A DNA stretch of 58,493 nucleotides from a virus. Its lineage: Duplodnaviria > Caudoviricetes. The notes beneath the pieces were generated by a model that made no database searches, had not been told where the DNA came from, and was given only the letters and a program-made list of their open reading frames with translations. The stretch's first letter is position 1; every line of letters begins with the position of its first letter. Shown in pieces: positions 31,457 through 42,150 of this stretch. The stretch covers positions 1-58,493 of the IMG/VR virus record IMGVR_UViG_3300043449_000801; one strand, given 5' to 3'. Both the position numbers and the translations under genes were made by a program.

Positions 31457-31732
31457 TTATGCTAGTGTAATACTAGTTACTTCAACTGGAGGAGTTACTG
31501 TAAAAACAGGATTAGTCCAAGAAGTAGTTAATGCTGAAGCAATTTGATTCTGAACGAAATCACGGAAATCGTCATTTGCCACAGTATCATGTGTAATAGT
31601 AAGTATCTCTGTTGTTCCTACATATTGAATAGTAGTTGTGGTTGCAGTAGCTTGTGAAACAAGAACTACACCTTTAACAGAAACTAACTGATAAGTACTA
31701 CCAGCAATTGGGAATTTTAAAAACTTTTCCAT
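31457..31732 (-). CDS. Small putative virion protein
   Basis: Beta-rich 91 aa ORF in the capsid cluster, preceded by a TATCTTTG promoter-like element near 31763-31770. Confidence 0.6.
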   Translation of the reverse strand: MEKFLKFPIAGSTYQLVSVKGVVLVSQATATTTTIQYVGTTEILTITHDTVANDDFRDFVQNQIASALTTSWTNPVFTVTPPVEVTSITLA

Positions 31733-31773
31733 TTTAAAAAAATTAATGGGTTAAACAAAGTACAAAGATAATA

Positions 31774-32529
31774 CTATTTGTTGAACTCGTCTTCAAGGTA
31801 CTTGTATAGCTCAAGTCCTTCATCAGACATTAGCCAAGACATAAATACATCTTCTTTGTTTTCACCAAATGGAACAGTTAGAATTTTCTTTTTGTTATTC
31901 TTTAAGTTATAATGTATATCTTTTCCTGCTCTAAATGTAACATATCCTTCGTTGAATGCTCTTGCAGCAGCATTTGTTACATCTAAATTAGGATCATCAA
32001 TTGCATCTAAAAAGTCTTGAGGATAATTTCGTGCAAACAACAAGATATCATGCTTTAATTCAGCAGATGTCATCTTGTCTACATTTACATTTAAATGCAC
32101 ACGAGCAATAGATTGCATTTTCGTTAACTCTAAAGACCTAGCTGCAATAAGTGCGTCTACCTCAAGATTTAAGTTATGTACCCTTTCTTCAGCTGCTTTC
32201 TGTGGGTCAAATTCATAGAATAATGTACCACCATTTTTTATATTATCTGGGTGATAATCCATAAATTGCTGAAGAATTGGATTTGTTTTTGGAATGTTTA
32301 ACTTTCCGTCTTCCATTACAATAGGCTCTAAGATAGCAGTGCCATCTTGCTCATCTTCAAAAATAGATTTCTGATTTTTAGAATATCGTAGTGGACGATT
32401 AATTCCTTTTTCTTCATCAAAGTGAAGTAACTGTCTACGCTTATTACTTCTTGATTGAATAAAAAAACTAACTGGAGTTTTGTCTTGTTTTAAAAGATAA
32501 GTTCTATCCTTTAGATTTGTTGTTTTCAT
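31774..32529 (-). CDS. Conserved hypothetical protein downstream of the capsid gene
   Basis: 251 aa ORF with an A-rich start context. Confidence 0.7.
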   Translation of the reverse strand: MKTTNLKDRTYLLKQDKTPVSFFIQSRSNKRRQLLHFDEEKGINRPLRYSKNQKSIFEDEQDGTAILEPIVMEDGKLNIPKTNPILQQFMDYHPDNIKNGGTLFYEFDPQKAAEERVHNLNLEVDALIAARSLELTKMQSIARVHLNVNVDKMTSAELKHDILLFARNYPQDFLDAIDDPNLDVTNAAARAFNEGYVTFRAGKDIHYNLKNNKKKILTVPFGENKEDVFMSWLMSDEGLELYKYLEDEFNK

Positions 32530-32547
32530 TTGATTTTATTTAAATTA

Positions 32548-32580
32548 AAAAATAAAGAGAGCCTCACTGATGAGGCTCTC
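32548..32580 (-). terminator. Rho-independent terminator after the major capsid gene
   Basis: GAGAGCCTCA/TGAGGCTCTC 10-bp stem followed by TTTATTTTT on the minus strand. Confidence 0.85.
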
Positions 32581-32590
32581 TGAGAATTTA

Positions 32591-34000
32591 TTAGTCTTTG
32601 AACAATACAAAGTTATTCGCTCCAAGAGTACAAAGCGCACGCTCAGAAAGGAAATTAACCTCCATTGCATCCAAATCACTAGTAGCTGCACCACCAGCAG
32701 AACCTGTAACCCAAGTTTTCAACTTACGGTTTTCAGCTTCAGAAGCACGGTAACGAACGTGAAGGAATGGTCGCTTCATGTTTTTACCCATGATTTGATC
32801 GTATACTGACATAGTACCAGCAGGGATAAGAACTCCGTTAATAGCACCACCAACGATACCTCCGCGAAGAGCTGCATCATTCAAGTACTTCCAGTCAGAC
32901 TTATAGAAGTCATAACCTCTTCGGAAAGAACTAAATCCTAAGCTAATAGACATATCCTTATCGTTATCAAACAAACCATAAGAAGTGCCACCAACTCCGT
33001 AAGAGTTTTGAGCAGCTAACATATCATCGATATCGAAAGAGAACTCACGATTAACAAACAATACGTTTTCAGCGATAGCACCTTGCTTATCCAATCGATT
33101 AACGATATCATCGAATTCACCAAGAGTGGAAGGATTACCTCCAGACCATACGTTACCACGAGTTTCGATGGCATCGAATAAACCTTGGGATCCTGAAGTA
33201 ACTGTCAAAGGAGTAGCTGCAACACCTGAAAGAGCTTCAGTAGGAACATGCTCAATCATCATCATTTCAAGATAGTCATCAAAACGAAGACGAGTCTCAT
33301 GCTCTGCTTTAACATACCAAAGGTATCCAGAAGCACCGTTCTCAGTAGTAACCTCAACCCAACCAATTTGAGCCATATCAGAACCTGATACTTCAAATTT
33401 GTCTTTAATGATTACAGGCTTAACTTCGAAGATATCATCTACTGGGTCAAGTGAACCCTGCATTCCTTGGCTACCTTTTCTGAATTCAGAACCATATACA
33501 AAAGCTGTAATACCAGCAGATGCTTGGAATCCTGTAGGTTGACCAGCAGCAGCATAGTAAGCTACGGTGAACTCATCTGGTCCTCCAACTCCAACTGTAT
33601 CGATATATGCCTTAGCAGAAACATTTAATGTGTTATCTGATAAAAATACAGTTTGACCAGCTCGGAAGTTACATGTACCACCACCAACTTGAAAAGTTGT
33701 GGTTGGGTCACCATCAGTTCCTGCTGAAATAACTGTTACATCTGTATACTTAGTATGCAAACGACCTTGCTCTGCCCACTTAATCAAGTCAGAAGCTGAA
33801 GGAATTTCAGCACTAACATTACGTAGGAAAGAAGCAATAGAACGATTTCCATATCGCTCAAATTCTTGCTCATAAGTATCAGGAAGATACTGATTCAAGA
33901 AATCGAAATCAGAGCTAGAAAGATAATTTGTTGGTAAAGTAGTCTTTACCGAACTAGGGGTTAAACTTACCCCTGGCGTTGTTAACAATGAACCTGCCAT
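32591..34000 (-). CDS. Major capsid protein
   Basis: Follows portal and scaffold genes; KWAEQGRLH, SGSDMAQIGWVE, FLSERALC; strong downstream terminator. Confidence 0.8.
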   Translation of the reverse strand: MAGSLLTTPGVSLTPSSVKTTLPTNYLSSSDFDFLNQYLPDTYEQEFERYGNRSIASFLRNVSAEIPSASDLIKWAEQGRLHTKYTDVTVISAGTDGDPTTTFQVGGGTCNFRAGQTVFLSDNTLNVSAKAYIDTVGVGGPDEFTVAYYAAAGQPTGFQASAGITAFVYGSEFRKGSQGMQGSLDPVDDIFEVKPVIIKDKFEVSGSDMAQIGWVEVTTENGASGYLWYVKAEHETRLRFDDYLEMMMIEHVPTEALSGVAATPLTVTSGSQGLFDAIETRGNVWSGGNPSTLGEFDDIVNRLDKQGAIAENVLFVNREFSFDIDDMLAAQNSYGVGGTSYGLFDNDKDMSISLGFSSFRRGYDFYKSDWKYLNDAALRGGIVGGAINGVLIPAGTMSVYDQIMGKNMKRPFLHVRYRASEAENRKLKTWVTGSAGGAATSDLDAMEVNFLSERALCTLGANNFVLFKD

Positions 34001-34011
34001 TTTACTTTAGT

Positions 34012-35127
34012 TTAACGTTTACGAATTTTTAATTTACCTTCGTAACCATTATCCTCTAACACTTTGACTTGGAATCCACCTGCCTTTGGTGAAGGTGTCG
34101 GTGAACTTCTCATATCTATGTTCTTAGACTCTCTATCAAAATTAGTCACTGCATCAGCTTTTCCTTTTTCATAGAAAAACCTAGCGGTTTTATCTGGATC
34201 CATAGCCATAGCGATAGCTTTGTGGAACTGTTCGGCATCCCTCAAGTATCCTTTATCATCTAAAAAGTTGTTGATAAAGTTCACTATATTAGATTGCTTC
34301 GCCATGATGTCTTTCGCTTCACCAGGTTTGAAAACGATGTCGTTATTATCATCAACATTAAATCGAAATCCATCGAAGTTGTTGGAGAAGAACTCATCTG
34401 TCTTCTTCTGAAAAAACTCAGACTTCTTGGTCTGTTCTTCAAGCTCAGAGGACTGGTCACGCTTATATGCTTTAAAGGATTCATAAGCTTCTCTCTCTTC
34501 CTGTGGAACGAATGATTCTCTTGACTCAAGAGGAACCTTGTATTGTTCCTTTAGACCTTCAAAATACTTAATCGCCTTTTTCAGCTCTTGTTTCTTAGAC
34601 AGCTTGCGTTCGCGAATGTCGTCCTCAGAATCTAGGTCTTCATCATAAGAAAACTTACTCAACCTATATTCCACATCCTCGTCATCATCACCTTGTTCTC
34701 GGTAATAATCAGCAAGTAGTCTTTCGGGGTCTGCTGTGGTTAAGTCTCTGTTCAACTTAACAAAGTCTTCTATTCCACGCCCTGTTTCTCTTTTGTACTT
34801 TTGAAAAGCAGCTACATCTGACTCTAATTCATCTTGAACAGCTCGTTCTTGAATTAATTCGTCAATAGAACTAACCTCTCTATTGTACTTGTTTTTAATG
34901 TGAGAAAGAATCACGTTATCATCAATCTCTATATTTTGTGGGGTTTCAGACGTTACTGAACCCTCTTGCAATGAAGCATCAACCGTTTCTTGTTGTGCTT
35001 CTCTAGGAGCCTCTGAAGTTGCTTCAGCTACCTCCTGTTGATGCTGCTCGACTAATTCTGTCTCTAGCTCTTGCAGAGACTTTTCTTCAAAGTCGACAGC
35101 GCGTACTTTAAATTTCGGTTCTTCCAT
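34012..35127 (-). CDS. Capsid scaffolding protein
   Basis: Highly acidic and helical; directly upstream of MCP; own promoter-like TAACTTTG at about 35148-35155. Confidence 0.7.
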   Translation of the reverse strand: MEEPKFKVRAVDFEEKSLQELETELVEQHQQEVAEATSEAPREAQQETVDASLQEGSVTSETPQNIEIDDNVILSHIKNKYNREVSSIDELIQERAVQDELESDVAAFQKYKRETGRGIEDFVKLNRDLTTADPERLLADYYREQGDDDEDVEYRLSKFSYDEDLDSEDDIRERKLSKKQELKKAIKYFEGLKEQYKVPLESRESFVPQEEREAYESFKAYKRDQSSELEEQTKKSEFFQKKTDEFFSNNFDGFRFNVDDNNDIVFKPGEAKDIMAKQSNIVNFINNFLDDKGYLRDAEQFHKAIAMAMDPDKTARFFYEKGKADAVTNFDRESKNIDMRSSPTPSPKAGGFQVKVLEDNGYEGKLKIRKR

Positions 35128-35178
35128 TACATTTGATTTAATTGGTACAAAGTTAAGTAAATTTTTCTATATATATTG

Positions 35179-35481
35179 TCAAGAGCCTTTTATCCACTTT
35201 TTACTAGGTGATCCTGTTTTACTAGGACTCCACTTTACTCTGTCGGCCCAGTAAGCAGCAGATAGTTTTCCCTTAGAAATATTTTTAGCATGACGGCTTT
35301 TAAATGCCTCACGTTGCCCTACAGTTTGATTCGTCTTAACTCCTTGTTGACCAAAGCGTATAGTCTTAATAATATCACCAACCTTAGCTACAACGATGTG
35401 TGACTTTGTTGGATGACTTGGTGTCTTCTTTGGTTTATTGAACCCTTCAACACCAGCTCTTGCTAAACGAGAATCTTTCAT
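35179..35481 (-). CDS. Small basic phage protein
   Basis: KSHIVVAK..IRFGQQG..FKSRH..SAAYWA. Confidence 0.7.
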   Translation of the reverse strand: MKDSRLARAGVEGFNKPKKTPSHPTKSHIVVAKVGDIIKTIRFGQQGVKTNQTVGQREAFKSRHAKNISKGKLSAAYWADRVKWSPSKTGSPSKKWIKGS

Positions 35482-35483
35482 TT

Positions 35484-35876
35484 TTACCCTCTGTATTTTG
35501 CAGTTTTTTTCATTATGCTTCTGGGTTGGCGAACAAATTGTTTACCCATTGCTTTGCCTATTCTTTTAGCTCTTGTAGTAGCACCATATTCTTGAGGGCT
35601 TAACGCTTCTCTAGCCGCTTTAGGTAAATACCTTTCACCTGTCTTTAGACTAGGCTTACCACTTTTGGTTCCCCATTCTTCTTTTGTCCATTTAGACAAA
35701 CTATTACTCGATGACTTCTTACCAATATAACCCCCACCAGATTCTTTGTACTTAGATACAGCAAGCTGTGCTTTTCGTGCTGACCATTGGCCTGCATTGC
35801 CGCCCTTTGTTCCTGCCTTAACAGAAGATACAATCCTGCTCCAAAGACCTGGATTTGATTTCTTAGAAGTACTCAT
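35484..35876 (-). CDS. Small basic protein (DUF5872-like)
   Basis: GQWSARKAQL..YK..GGGY, KWTKEEWGT, ERYLPK. Confidence 0.7.
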   Translation of the reverse strand: MSTSKKSNPGLWSRIVSSVKAGTKGGNAGQWSARKAQLAVSKYKESGGGYIGKKSSSNSLSKWTKEEWGTKSGKPSLKTGERYLPKAAREALSPQEYGATTRAKRIGKAMGKQFVRQPRSIMKKTAKYRG

Positions 35877-36094
35877 TATAGAAACCTACGTTTGTTCTTT
35901 ATGCGCTTAGTGATAGGAATATTTACACTAAGTGTAATATCAGATTCAGGCTTATAGTCGCTTCCTGAAGAAGTAGAGATATCTAAAGAAATAGGACCCC
36001 GAGACATTGTTACACCTCCAGTTATGTCATATCTGTTCTTACTGCCTGTTCCGGACAAGTAAGGATTCACTTTTAGTTTGCTAGGCTTTAACAT
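35876..36094 (-). CDS. Hypothetical beta-strand protein
   Basis: ORF coupled to its neighbours. Confidence 0.55.
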   Translation of the reverse strand: MLKPSKLKVNPYLSGTGSKNRYDITGGVTMSRGPISLDISTSSGSDYKPESDITLSVNIPITKRIKNKRRFL

Positions 36095-36096
36095 AA

Positions 36097-38532
36097 TTAT
36101 CTCGGTTCAAACGATCCTAAATCAAAGTTATCCAATGAATCTTCTTCTGATTCAAAGCTCAAAGGTGGAAGGTTGTTTTTACGCTGATTAATAAGCTCTG
36201 ACTGACGGGTTGCTTGTAGGTCTACACGCTTGTCTTTTGCTTTCTCACGTTCTTTCTCACGCTTCATCAATCCATCTGTCTCAATACCTTTAAGCTGCAT
36301 ATTGTACTCAAACTCAAGTGCCATCAATTCTTTTTTCTTCTCAACCTCAAACTGCATACGTTGCATATCTAGTTGAGCTTCATTTTGTTTGATAGCAATC
36401 TTAGCTTGTGCCTCCATCTGTGCTGTCTGTTGCTTCTGCTGTGCAGCAGCTTCTTGAGACTGCATATTAATCTGCATTTGTATCTGAGACTGCATGTCTT
36501 CTCGTTTCTGACGCTCAAGTGTTTTACGCTTACGCTTAACCTTAAGTAGTTCATTAGCGAGTTTCAGATTCTTAATCATACGAATATCAATAGCGTCCTC
36601 AAGATCAATCTGATCTCTGCTAAGTGCTATCTGTATGTTCTGCTCTACTTGCTGTTTTTCTTCTTCATCTGGTGCAAGTTCTATGAATATACCAAATGAA
36701 TGTAAGTATAGGTTCTTGATATCATCAAGTATGGAAAGATTGTACTTACCAACCTGCATCGCGAACTCCTCTCTGAAGTCTGCGTAGTTAAGTATATCAG
36801 CTACACGTAGTGATATGCCTTCTGCCAATCGCTTAGTAACCATTAAACCTCCTTGTAGGATGTGTCGTGTAGCTACGTTGCTATTTAGTGCAGCAAGCTT
36901 CTGAACACCAACAAGTGCGTTTGGATCAGGAGAAGAACCGTCACGAGCTTCATTAAGACCTGTGACATCACGTATCATGTTTAGGTTATAGTTGTAGTGA
37001 TTAATCAACGCAGACATCTTAGATGCACCACTATTGGTCTGTAGTTCCTGAATAGGAACTCGTGCGTTGTTAAACTCACCATCACCGGTATAGCTCCGAC
37101 CAACTACCGAACCAGTTTGGAAGTACATCTTAAGTGCATCCTCTGGATTGTATGCTGCTCCTGTACCAAGGTCTACTTCAGAGATACCATCTGCATCTAT
37201 GAATACACCATCAGGAACAACTCGTGACATCACTTGCTGTAGCTTAAGGTGTGTTAATTGTATCTGATCGGCAAATGGAATCATTCGTTTTACAAGAGAC
37301 TGTATTTGTCCCTTGTACATACTTGGTGAATTTATAATGTAATTACAAAGTGCTTTCTGAGTAGCTGCTTCTGGACGAACCATATTTTTCAGAAGGTCCC
37401 ACTTAATAATAATATTACTACCTAAAACAAGAACTCCTTCGTACCATACATCCTTAACAATATCCAATCGCTCAAACGATGGATTGTCAGGTGTAGGCTT
37501 AAAGTTCTCATCTCTTTTAATAACTCGCTCCCCTCCGTTCTCTAGTTTTTTCTTTTTGTATACAAAACGTTTTTCAGTCTTGTAGTTAAAGTACAGAAGA
37601 GTGACCATCTCGTTATTAAAGACATCCTCTTGGAATGTTCTAATAACAGGCCAATAGTTATACCACGCAGAGCCAGAGTTCTTGATGTCTGTTAAATCTT
37701 CATCCGTTAGTTCCGGATTCATCTTGCGTAACTCAGTGTAGTGTACCTGCTTTACTTCACCAATGTAGTACACATCGGAGAAGTCAGGCTTCTCTGTATA
37801 ACTATAAACAAGTGCAGCTGGGTCAACATATTCTATTTTAACCCCTGCTCCAGGATAGAATGAATGCTTTACAGCACCTATGCCAATCTCTGTTAAGTCT
37901 CTATCTACTTGTGGCTTAACTACATCCTTGTAGTCATTCATGTCGAAAAGAGTATTGATTGCAATCTCTTCTGCGATTTCGATAGATGGCTTATACTTTA
38001 ATTGCATGTAAAGAGCAAGCTCCTCATCATTCTCAGGTATTTCATCTGGTGGAACATTGTAGGCATCAATGCCAAACTCTTGTTTCGTTTTCTCTAATAT
38101 GTTTTTTGCAAGCATATCAGATTCAACCATGTCCTGAAATACATTCTTTTTTTCAGCAGACATTACGTCTTGCGATTCTGCCTTAATTGAATAAAGACGG
38201 TCAGCCATACCGTTAACAACTATATCCACAAACTTTGGGATAATTGATACAGGCTTCCAATCTAAATTAAGGTAAGATAAATCTCCATCTACAGCCAAAA
38301 GTTTCTTGTACATCTCTGTGGGCTGCTCGCCTCGTCCGTACAAACGTAACTTATGGAACTCTAAATATTGATCATAGTAACGACAGTTTCCGGAGTTAAC
38401 TCTTCTAAACCATTCGCCTTCAATAGACTTCCCAACCTTTAAACCATAATCCTTAGATGCCTTCTCAGCATCCGTGGCCATTTGATTTGGAAATGGAGTG
38501 CTACTAATAACTACAGATGGTTTTTTATCCAT
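36097..38532 (-). CDS. Portal protein
   Basis: 811 aa directly after terminase; IIPKFVDIVVNG, IRDVTGLNEARDGS, long Gln-rich C-terminal coiled coil. Confidence 0.85.
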   Translation of the reverse strand: MDKKPSVVISSTPFPNQMATDAEKASKDYGLKVGKSIEGEWFRRVNSGNCRYYDQYLEFHKLRLYGRGEQPTEMYKKLLAVDGDLSYLNLDWKPVSIIPKFVDIVVNGMADRLYSIKAESQDVMSAEKKNVFQDMVESDMLAKNILEKTKQEFGIDAYNVPPDEIPENDEELALYMQLKYKPSIEIAEEIAINTLFDMNDYKDVVKPQVDRDLTEIGIGAVKHSFYPGAGVKIEYVDPAALVYSYTEKPDFSDVYYIGEVKQVHYTELRKMNPELTDEDLTDIKNSGSAWYNYWPVIRTFQEDVFNNEMVTLLYFNYKTEKRFVYKKKKLENGGERVIKRDENFKPTPDNPSFERLDIVKDVWYEGVLVLGSNIIIKWDLLKNMVRPEAATQKALCNYIINSPSMYKGQIQSLVKRMIPFADQIQLTHLKLQQVMSRVVPDGVFIDADGISEVDLGTGAAYNPEDALKMYFQTGSVVGRSYTGDGEFNNARVPIQELQTNSGASKMSALINHYNYNLNMIRDVTGLNEARDGSSPDPNALVGVQKLAALNSNVATRHILQGGLMVTKRLAEGISLRVADILNYADFREEFAMQVGKYNLSILDDIKNLYLHSFGIFIELAPDEEEKQQVEQNIQIALSRDQIDLEDAIDIRMIKNLKLANELLKVKRKRKTLERQKREDMQSQIQMQINMQSQEAAAQQKQQTAQMEAQAKIAIKQNEAQLDMQRMQFEVEKKKELMALEFEYNMQLKGIETDGLMKREKEREKAKDKRVDLQATRQSELINQRKNNLPPLSFESEEDSLDNFDLGSFEPR

Positions 38533-40772
38533 TATCTCTTTAATTGACTAACGTTGCCAACACTATTGTCGTATCTTGCAAATTTAATACTAATTTTTGA
38601 CTTTTGTACCACACTAGTATTTTGGTTCTTACGTGTTGCCATTATCGCTAATCCTGAACTAATTGCAGCATCGAACTTAGTCCTGTTGTTTATATCAAAC
38701 TTAGCCCATTCTTCTAGTGTTCTTGTGAAGTACATGTTACCCATTTCATCGGGTTCTCTGTACGTACCTTCTGAATCATAACCTACGTACTGCTCTATAT
38801 ACGAACCTATTCCAGAGGCGTGAGCCTGCTTAACGTCTTCAGATGAGTTGGGTATACCTCCTACCTCAGCTTCAAACCTAGATAGTTTTGATATGTGTTT
38901 GTCAGGTCTGTTTAATGAGAATGCTCTGTATCCTCTATCTTTTAGGTAGTATAGTAGCCTAGTCTTGTTATTCTCAATAAGTATTGGCATACCATAGAAG
39001 TGGATAGCCATCAGCACATCTTCAAAGAATATCTCTGCTGTTTGTGTTCTTGTTACATATTCAAGAAAAAACTGATTAGTAGGCGCATTGGTGTCCATAT
39101 GGAATCCGGTGAGGCCATGTAAAGCACCATTAGATCCACCACCGCCAACTGTGCCAGATATATCGTAGGGGTCACAACCAAAAGCACCCAAATGATCATT
39201 TCCAGGTCTTCGTTTTCCATTTCTATCTTTTATTATATTATTTCTAACACCTATAGGAGGTATCCAAGACAATGTAAACTTGCCGGATGGATCAGGTGTC
39301 CATATTACTTCTGTATCTTTCTCACCATTCTTCCAATGGAAGTTTCCTTTTGTGAGTACTCTATCTTTGATTAGAGAGTCGTTATAATCGATTTGCTGAT
39401 ATATCTTTGATAGGTTGTACAAAGACTGCTTAGACTCATCCCTAAATGCATGAGACTCAGTCCTAGGCATCTGTCTGTAGAACTCATTAAGTGCATCAGG
39501 ATCATTCTTAAGTGCATCAACTTCGTTATTCCAATATGTGATTACACCATTTTCAATCATTTCACCATCAATACCCTCAATAGGTTTCTTTGGGTCTTCT
39601 AATACAGGCCATCCATATTTGTCAATGTAACCCTCAAAGTTCCACTCCATAGGTATGAATAAACTATATAATCCTGATTTAGTCTGTCCATTGGAAGAAC
39701 GCTTGCGTGGATCAGAGTCATTAAATAACTTCTTGAAGTTGTCACCACCCTTTGCAAGTGCGTTCGATGTAGAACCCATCATACACTTACCAATAATCCT
39801 ACTACCGAGACGAAGACATGTCTTTGTTACGCGCCAGTTGTTAAGAATGTTTTCTGGCTTTTCCCATTTACCGGATTCATCATGAACTAGTAGTAGCAAC
39901 TTCTCACCGTCATAGCTGTTGTCAGCTGTATTCTTCCAGTCAATAGTTGTATCAAGACCTTCGATTCCAAGCTCCTTTTCTTCGTTCATGCTCTTCTTGG
40001 TAATCTTAGATGCAGGAACTCTAAACGAAAGTTCTGTCTTTGGATTATCCATACCATCCTGTACGGGCTTGAAAAAGAATGGATAGTTCCTTACAATAGG
40101 CACTACCTTATCTGTAAACATCTTCTTGGCATCACCACCGGTCTTTGATAGTATACCTAAACGTGAGTCTTTGGATATTGTACCTATGTTACATGTTTCT
40201 CCTGAACTCATAAACGAGAAACCACTACGTCTGTTTTTTAGATAGCACATACCATAGCATCTATTGTCTGCCTTACACGCTTCCCAATAAATAAAGAATA
40301 TCCTATTTGATTCACGAAAATCAGGAAGACCGATATCTATCTTGGACCATTGCAGGTACATGTAGTGTGTTCCTGTAATGTATGTTGGTTTATTGTTATT
40401 CATAAACCAATGACCTAGTTCTCTTCTGTCGAACTCCTGCTCGATGTAGTCAATCCATTGATTCTTAAAAACATTGTCTCTACGCATCCATTCGAAGGAT
40501 GTCTTTATGTTCTTAAGTTCTTTTGGATATTCAGCAGCAACCCATCTATTTTCTCCTTGTGGTACATCTGATGGTGTTTTAGGAAGTCCTATAAATAACC
40601 CATTAATCTCATATATATCACCAAGTGTTCCATCTTTCGATATGACCACAATATCATACTCCTTATGATATCCATAACTCCATGACTTTGACCTATTCTT
40701 ATTCCTAATAGAAGTTTCTCCAATATGATCATTGGCAACTCGGTATATGTCATAGTTATGATTTTTTACCAT
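38532..40772 (-). CDS. Terminase large subunit
   Basis: Walker A-like KNRRSGFS, Walker B VHDESGK, MGST, nuclease GCDPY, IENN, FDAAIS. Confidence 0.9.
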   Translation of the reverse strand: MVKNHNYDIYRVANDHIGETSIRNKNRSKSWSYGYHKEYDIVVISKDGTLGDIYEINGLFIGLPKTPSDVPQGENRWVAAEYPKELKNIKTSFEWMRRDNVFKNQWIDYIEQEFDRRELGHWFMNNNKPTYITGTHYMYLQWSKIDIGLPDFRESNRIFFIYWEACKADNRCYGMCYLKNRRSGFSFMSSGETCNIGTISKDSRLGILSKTGGDAKKMFTDKVVPIVRNYPFFFKPVQDGMDNPKTELSFRVPASKITKKSMNEEKELGIEGLDTTIDWKNTADNSYDGEKLLLLVHDESGKWEKPENILNNWRVTKTCLRLGSRIIGKCMMGSTSNALAKGGDNFKKLFNDSDPRKRSSNGQTKSGLYSLFIPMEWNFEGYIDKYGWPVLEDPKKPIEGIDGEMIENGVITYWNNEVDALKNDPDALNEFYRQMPRTESHAFRDESKQSLYNLSKIYQQIDYNDSLIKDRVLTKGNFHWKNGEKDTEVIWTPDPSGKFTLSWIPPIGVRNNIIKDRNGKRRPGNDHLGAFGCDPYDISGTVGGGGSNGALHGLTGFHMDTNAPTNQFFLEYVTRTQTAEIFFEDVLMAIHFYGMPILIENNKTRLLYYLKDRGYRAFSLNRPDKHISKLSRFEAEVGGIPNSSEDVKQAHASGIGSYIEQYVGYDSEGTYREPDEMGNMYFTRTLEEWAKFDINNRTKFDAAISSGLAIMATRKNQNTSVVQKSKISIKFARYDNSVGNVSQLKR

Positions 40773-41055
40773 TTGACTTTGCTCTACCTTCTGCGAATCC
40801 GCTATTAGGGTTAACTACCTTTTGTTCTACTTCAGACACTTTTGCTCTCTCTTGGTCTATGCGCTCTAATATCGATAGCGCATCCTCAAAAGCCAACCTT
40901 TTTGCTGCTGCTGCGTTCTTCATTTTATCTGCACCTAAATCATCATCGTAAGAGTTAGTTATGATAGGCATCTCAAGAACCTTAATAAGCTCATCTACAG
41001 ACCTTTCAGCAGCCTCAAGAACTCTATCTTTTTTTGCTGTTAAATCTTTAAGCAT
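40756..41055 (-). CDS. Putative terminase small subunit
   Basis: Helical 99 aa ORF overlapping the TerL start. Confidence 0.5.
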   Translation of the reverse strand: MLKDLTAKKDRVLEAAERSVDELIKVLEMPIITNSYDDDLGADKMKNAAAAKRLAFEDALSILERIDQERAKVSEVEQKVVNPNSGFAEGRAKSNGKKS

Positions 41056-41603
41056 AAGTTCTTAAGTTTTATACGATACATTATCTCTTCATTTATTCTA
41101 AACTCATACTCTGATTCTGGCTGGAAGGATACCATATCTCCTTTCTTAAGTATATTGTTTTCAGGAACGTACTCAAGAATACCATGAAGATGCATTAATA
41201 TATCTGTGTCAGTTAGAATCTTTTGATTTAAGTCTTTCTTTATAGGTTTAACAAAACAGAACGGATATGGCGCACACCATTCGCCATTTGGTTCCCTATA
41301 TAAAAAGACTTGATCAAGTTCCACAATAAACACATCATCCTTGTAGTGATTCCAACTTGAACGCTCATTACCTTTCATGTCGTAATAGATACGAAATACA
41401 TTGTGATGAACGATTATTTGGTCACCAGGTTTAATGTTTCCATCGTAACCAATTGGCACTGACTCAACTATACCTATTCTATTTGTGACAGTATGGTCTT
41501 CCTGAGAAGAAGATATAATGAAATCCTTATCGCCATATTGGCGCATATTGTCGTATCTAACGCCTTTGTTGGGGCGTATTACAAAGTAATGTGGTGACCT
41601 CAT
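41040..41603 (-). CDS. Tandem GroES-like domain protein
   Basis: Two units of F..P...G.V..VP...IK.GD (IKPGDQIIV and LKKGDMVSF). Confidence 0.6.
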   Translation of the reverse strand: MRSPHYFVIRPNKGVRYDNMRQYGDKDFIISSSQEDHTVTNRIGIVESVPIGYDGNIKPGDQIIVHHNVFRIYYDMKGNERSSWNHYKDDVFIVELDQVFLYREPNGEWCAPYPFCFVKPIKKDLNQKILTDTDILMHLHGILEYVPENNILKKGDMVSFQPESEYEFRINEEIMYRIKLKNLCLKI

Positions 41604-41604
41604 T

Positions 41605-41823
41605 TTAGAAATTTATGTTATACTCTATTGTTACGGGCATTGTGGTATTAACGGATTTCCACTTTACAGCTTCTCCATTCTTTTCTACCCACACATCGAT
41701 TAACCCTTCATCATTCTTAATAATATCGTACACCATATATTCACCCTTCATTACAGGCTTTCCTACCTGATAATGCATGGCGTTAAGTGGGTCTGTACCT
41801 ATTGATATTTTTCTAATGATCAT
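41605..41823 (-). CDS. Hypothetical protein
   Basis: IRKISIG.D...AMHY.VG ORF in operon. Confidence 0.65.
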   Translation of the reverse strand: MIIRKISIGTDPLNAMHYQVGKPVMKGEYMVYDIIKNDEGLIDVWVEKNGEAVKWKSVNTTMPVTIEYNINF

Positions 41824-42065
41824 TGAGTAATTATCATTCCGGATTCAGTGTCTATACGACCTTCTCCATATTTTTCATAAAATTCCTTCTGCAAGTTACC
41901 TACTTCATTCTGAGCAATCTCAATATTTGTAAGTGTAGTTTGCTTGTCAATCTTAAGCCTTTCTTCTGTAATAGTAATGTCGGCTAAATGAGAACGTAGC
42001 TCGTAGTAATTTTTACGTGAGGCATTAAAACGTTCTAGTTCTTCTGATGTTAATTGTTTTTCCAT
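41820..42065 (-). CDS. Coiled-coil hypothetical protein
   Basis: Ends EKYGEGRID.ESG; preceded by TATATTTG at 42082-42089. Confidence 0.65.
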   Translation of the reverse strand: MEKQLTSEELERFNASRKNYYELRSHLADITITEERLKIDKQTTLTNIEIAQNEVGNLQKEFYEKYGEGRIDTESGMIITQ

Positions 42066-42090
42066 TTTATTTAATTTGGTACAAATATAT

Positions 42091-42116
42091 AAAAAAAAGG
42101 GCTACCGAAGTAGCCC
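42091..42116 (-). terminator. Rho-independent terminator with a cUUCGg tetraloop
   Basis: GGGCTAC-TTCG-GTAGCCC followed by T8 on the minus strand. Confidence 0.9.
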
Positions 42117-42150
42117 TAATCTAACAGTAAGATGCAAGAAAAATTAAGAG
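42091..42150 (-). ncRNA. Candidate ~60-nt small RNA
   Basis: Promoter TATATTTG (42155-42162) and terminator enclose an interval with no ORF. Confidence 0.45.

Noticed and set aside
32557-32580. CTGATGA on the plus strand suggesting a third hammerhead
   Set aside because: It is the loop and arm of the capsid terminator hairpin; no GAAA or stem III follows
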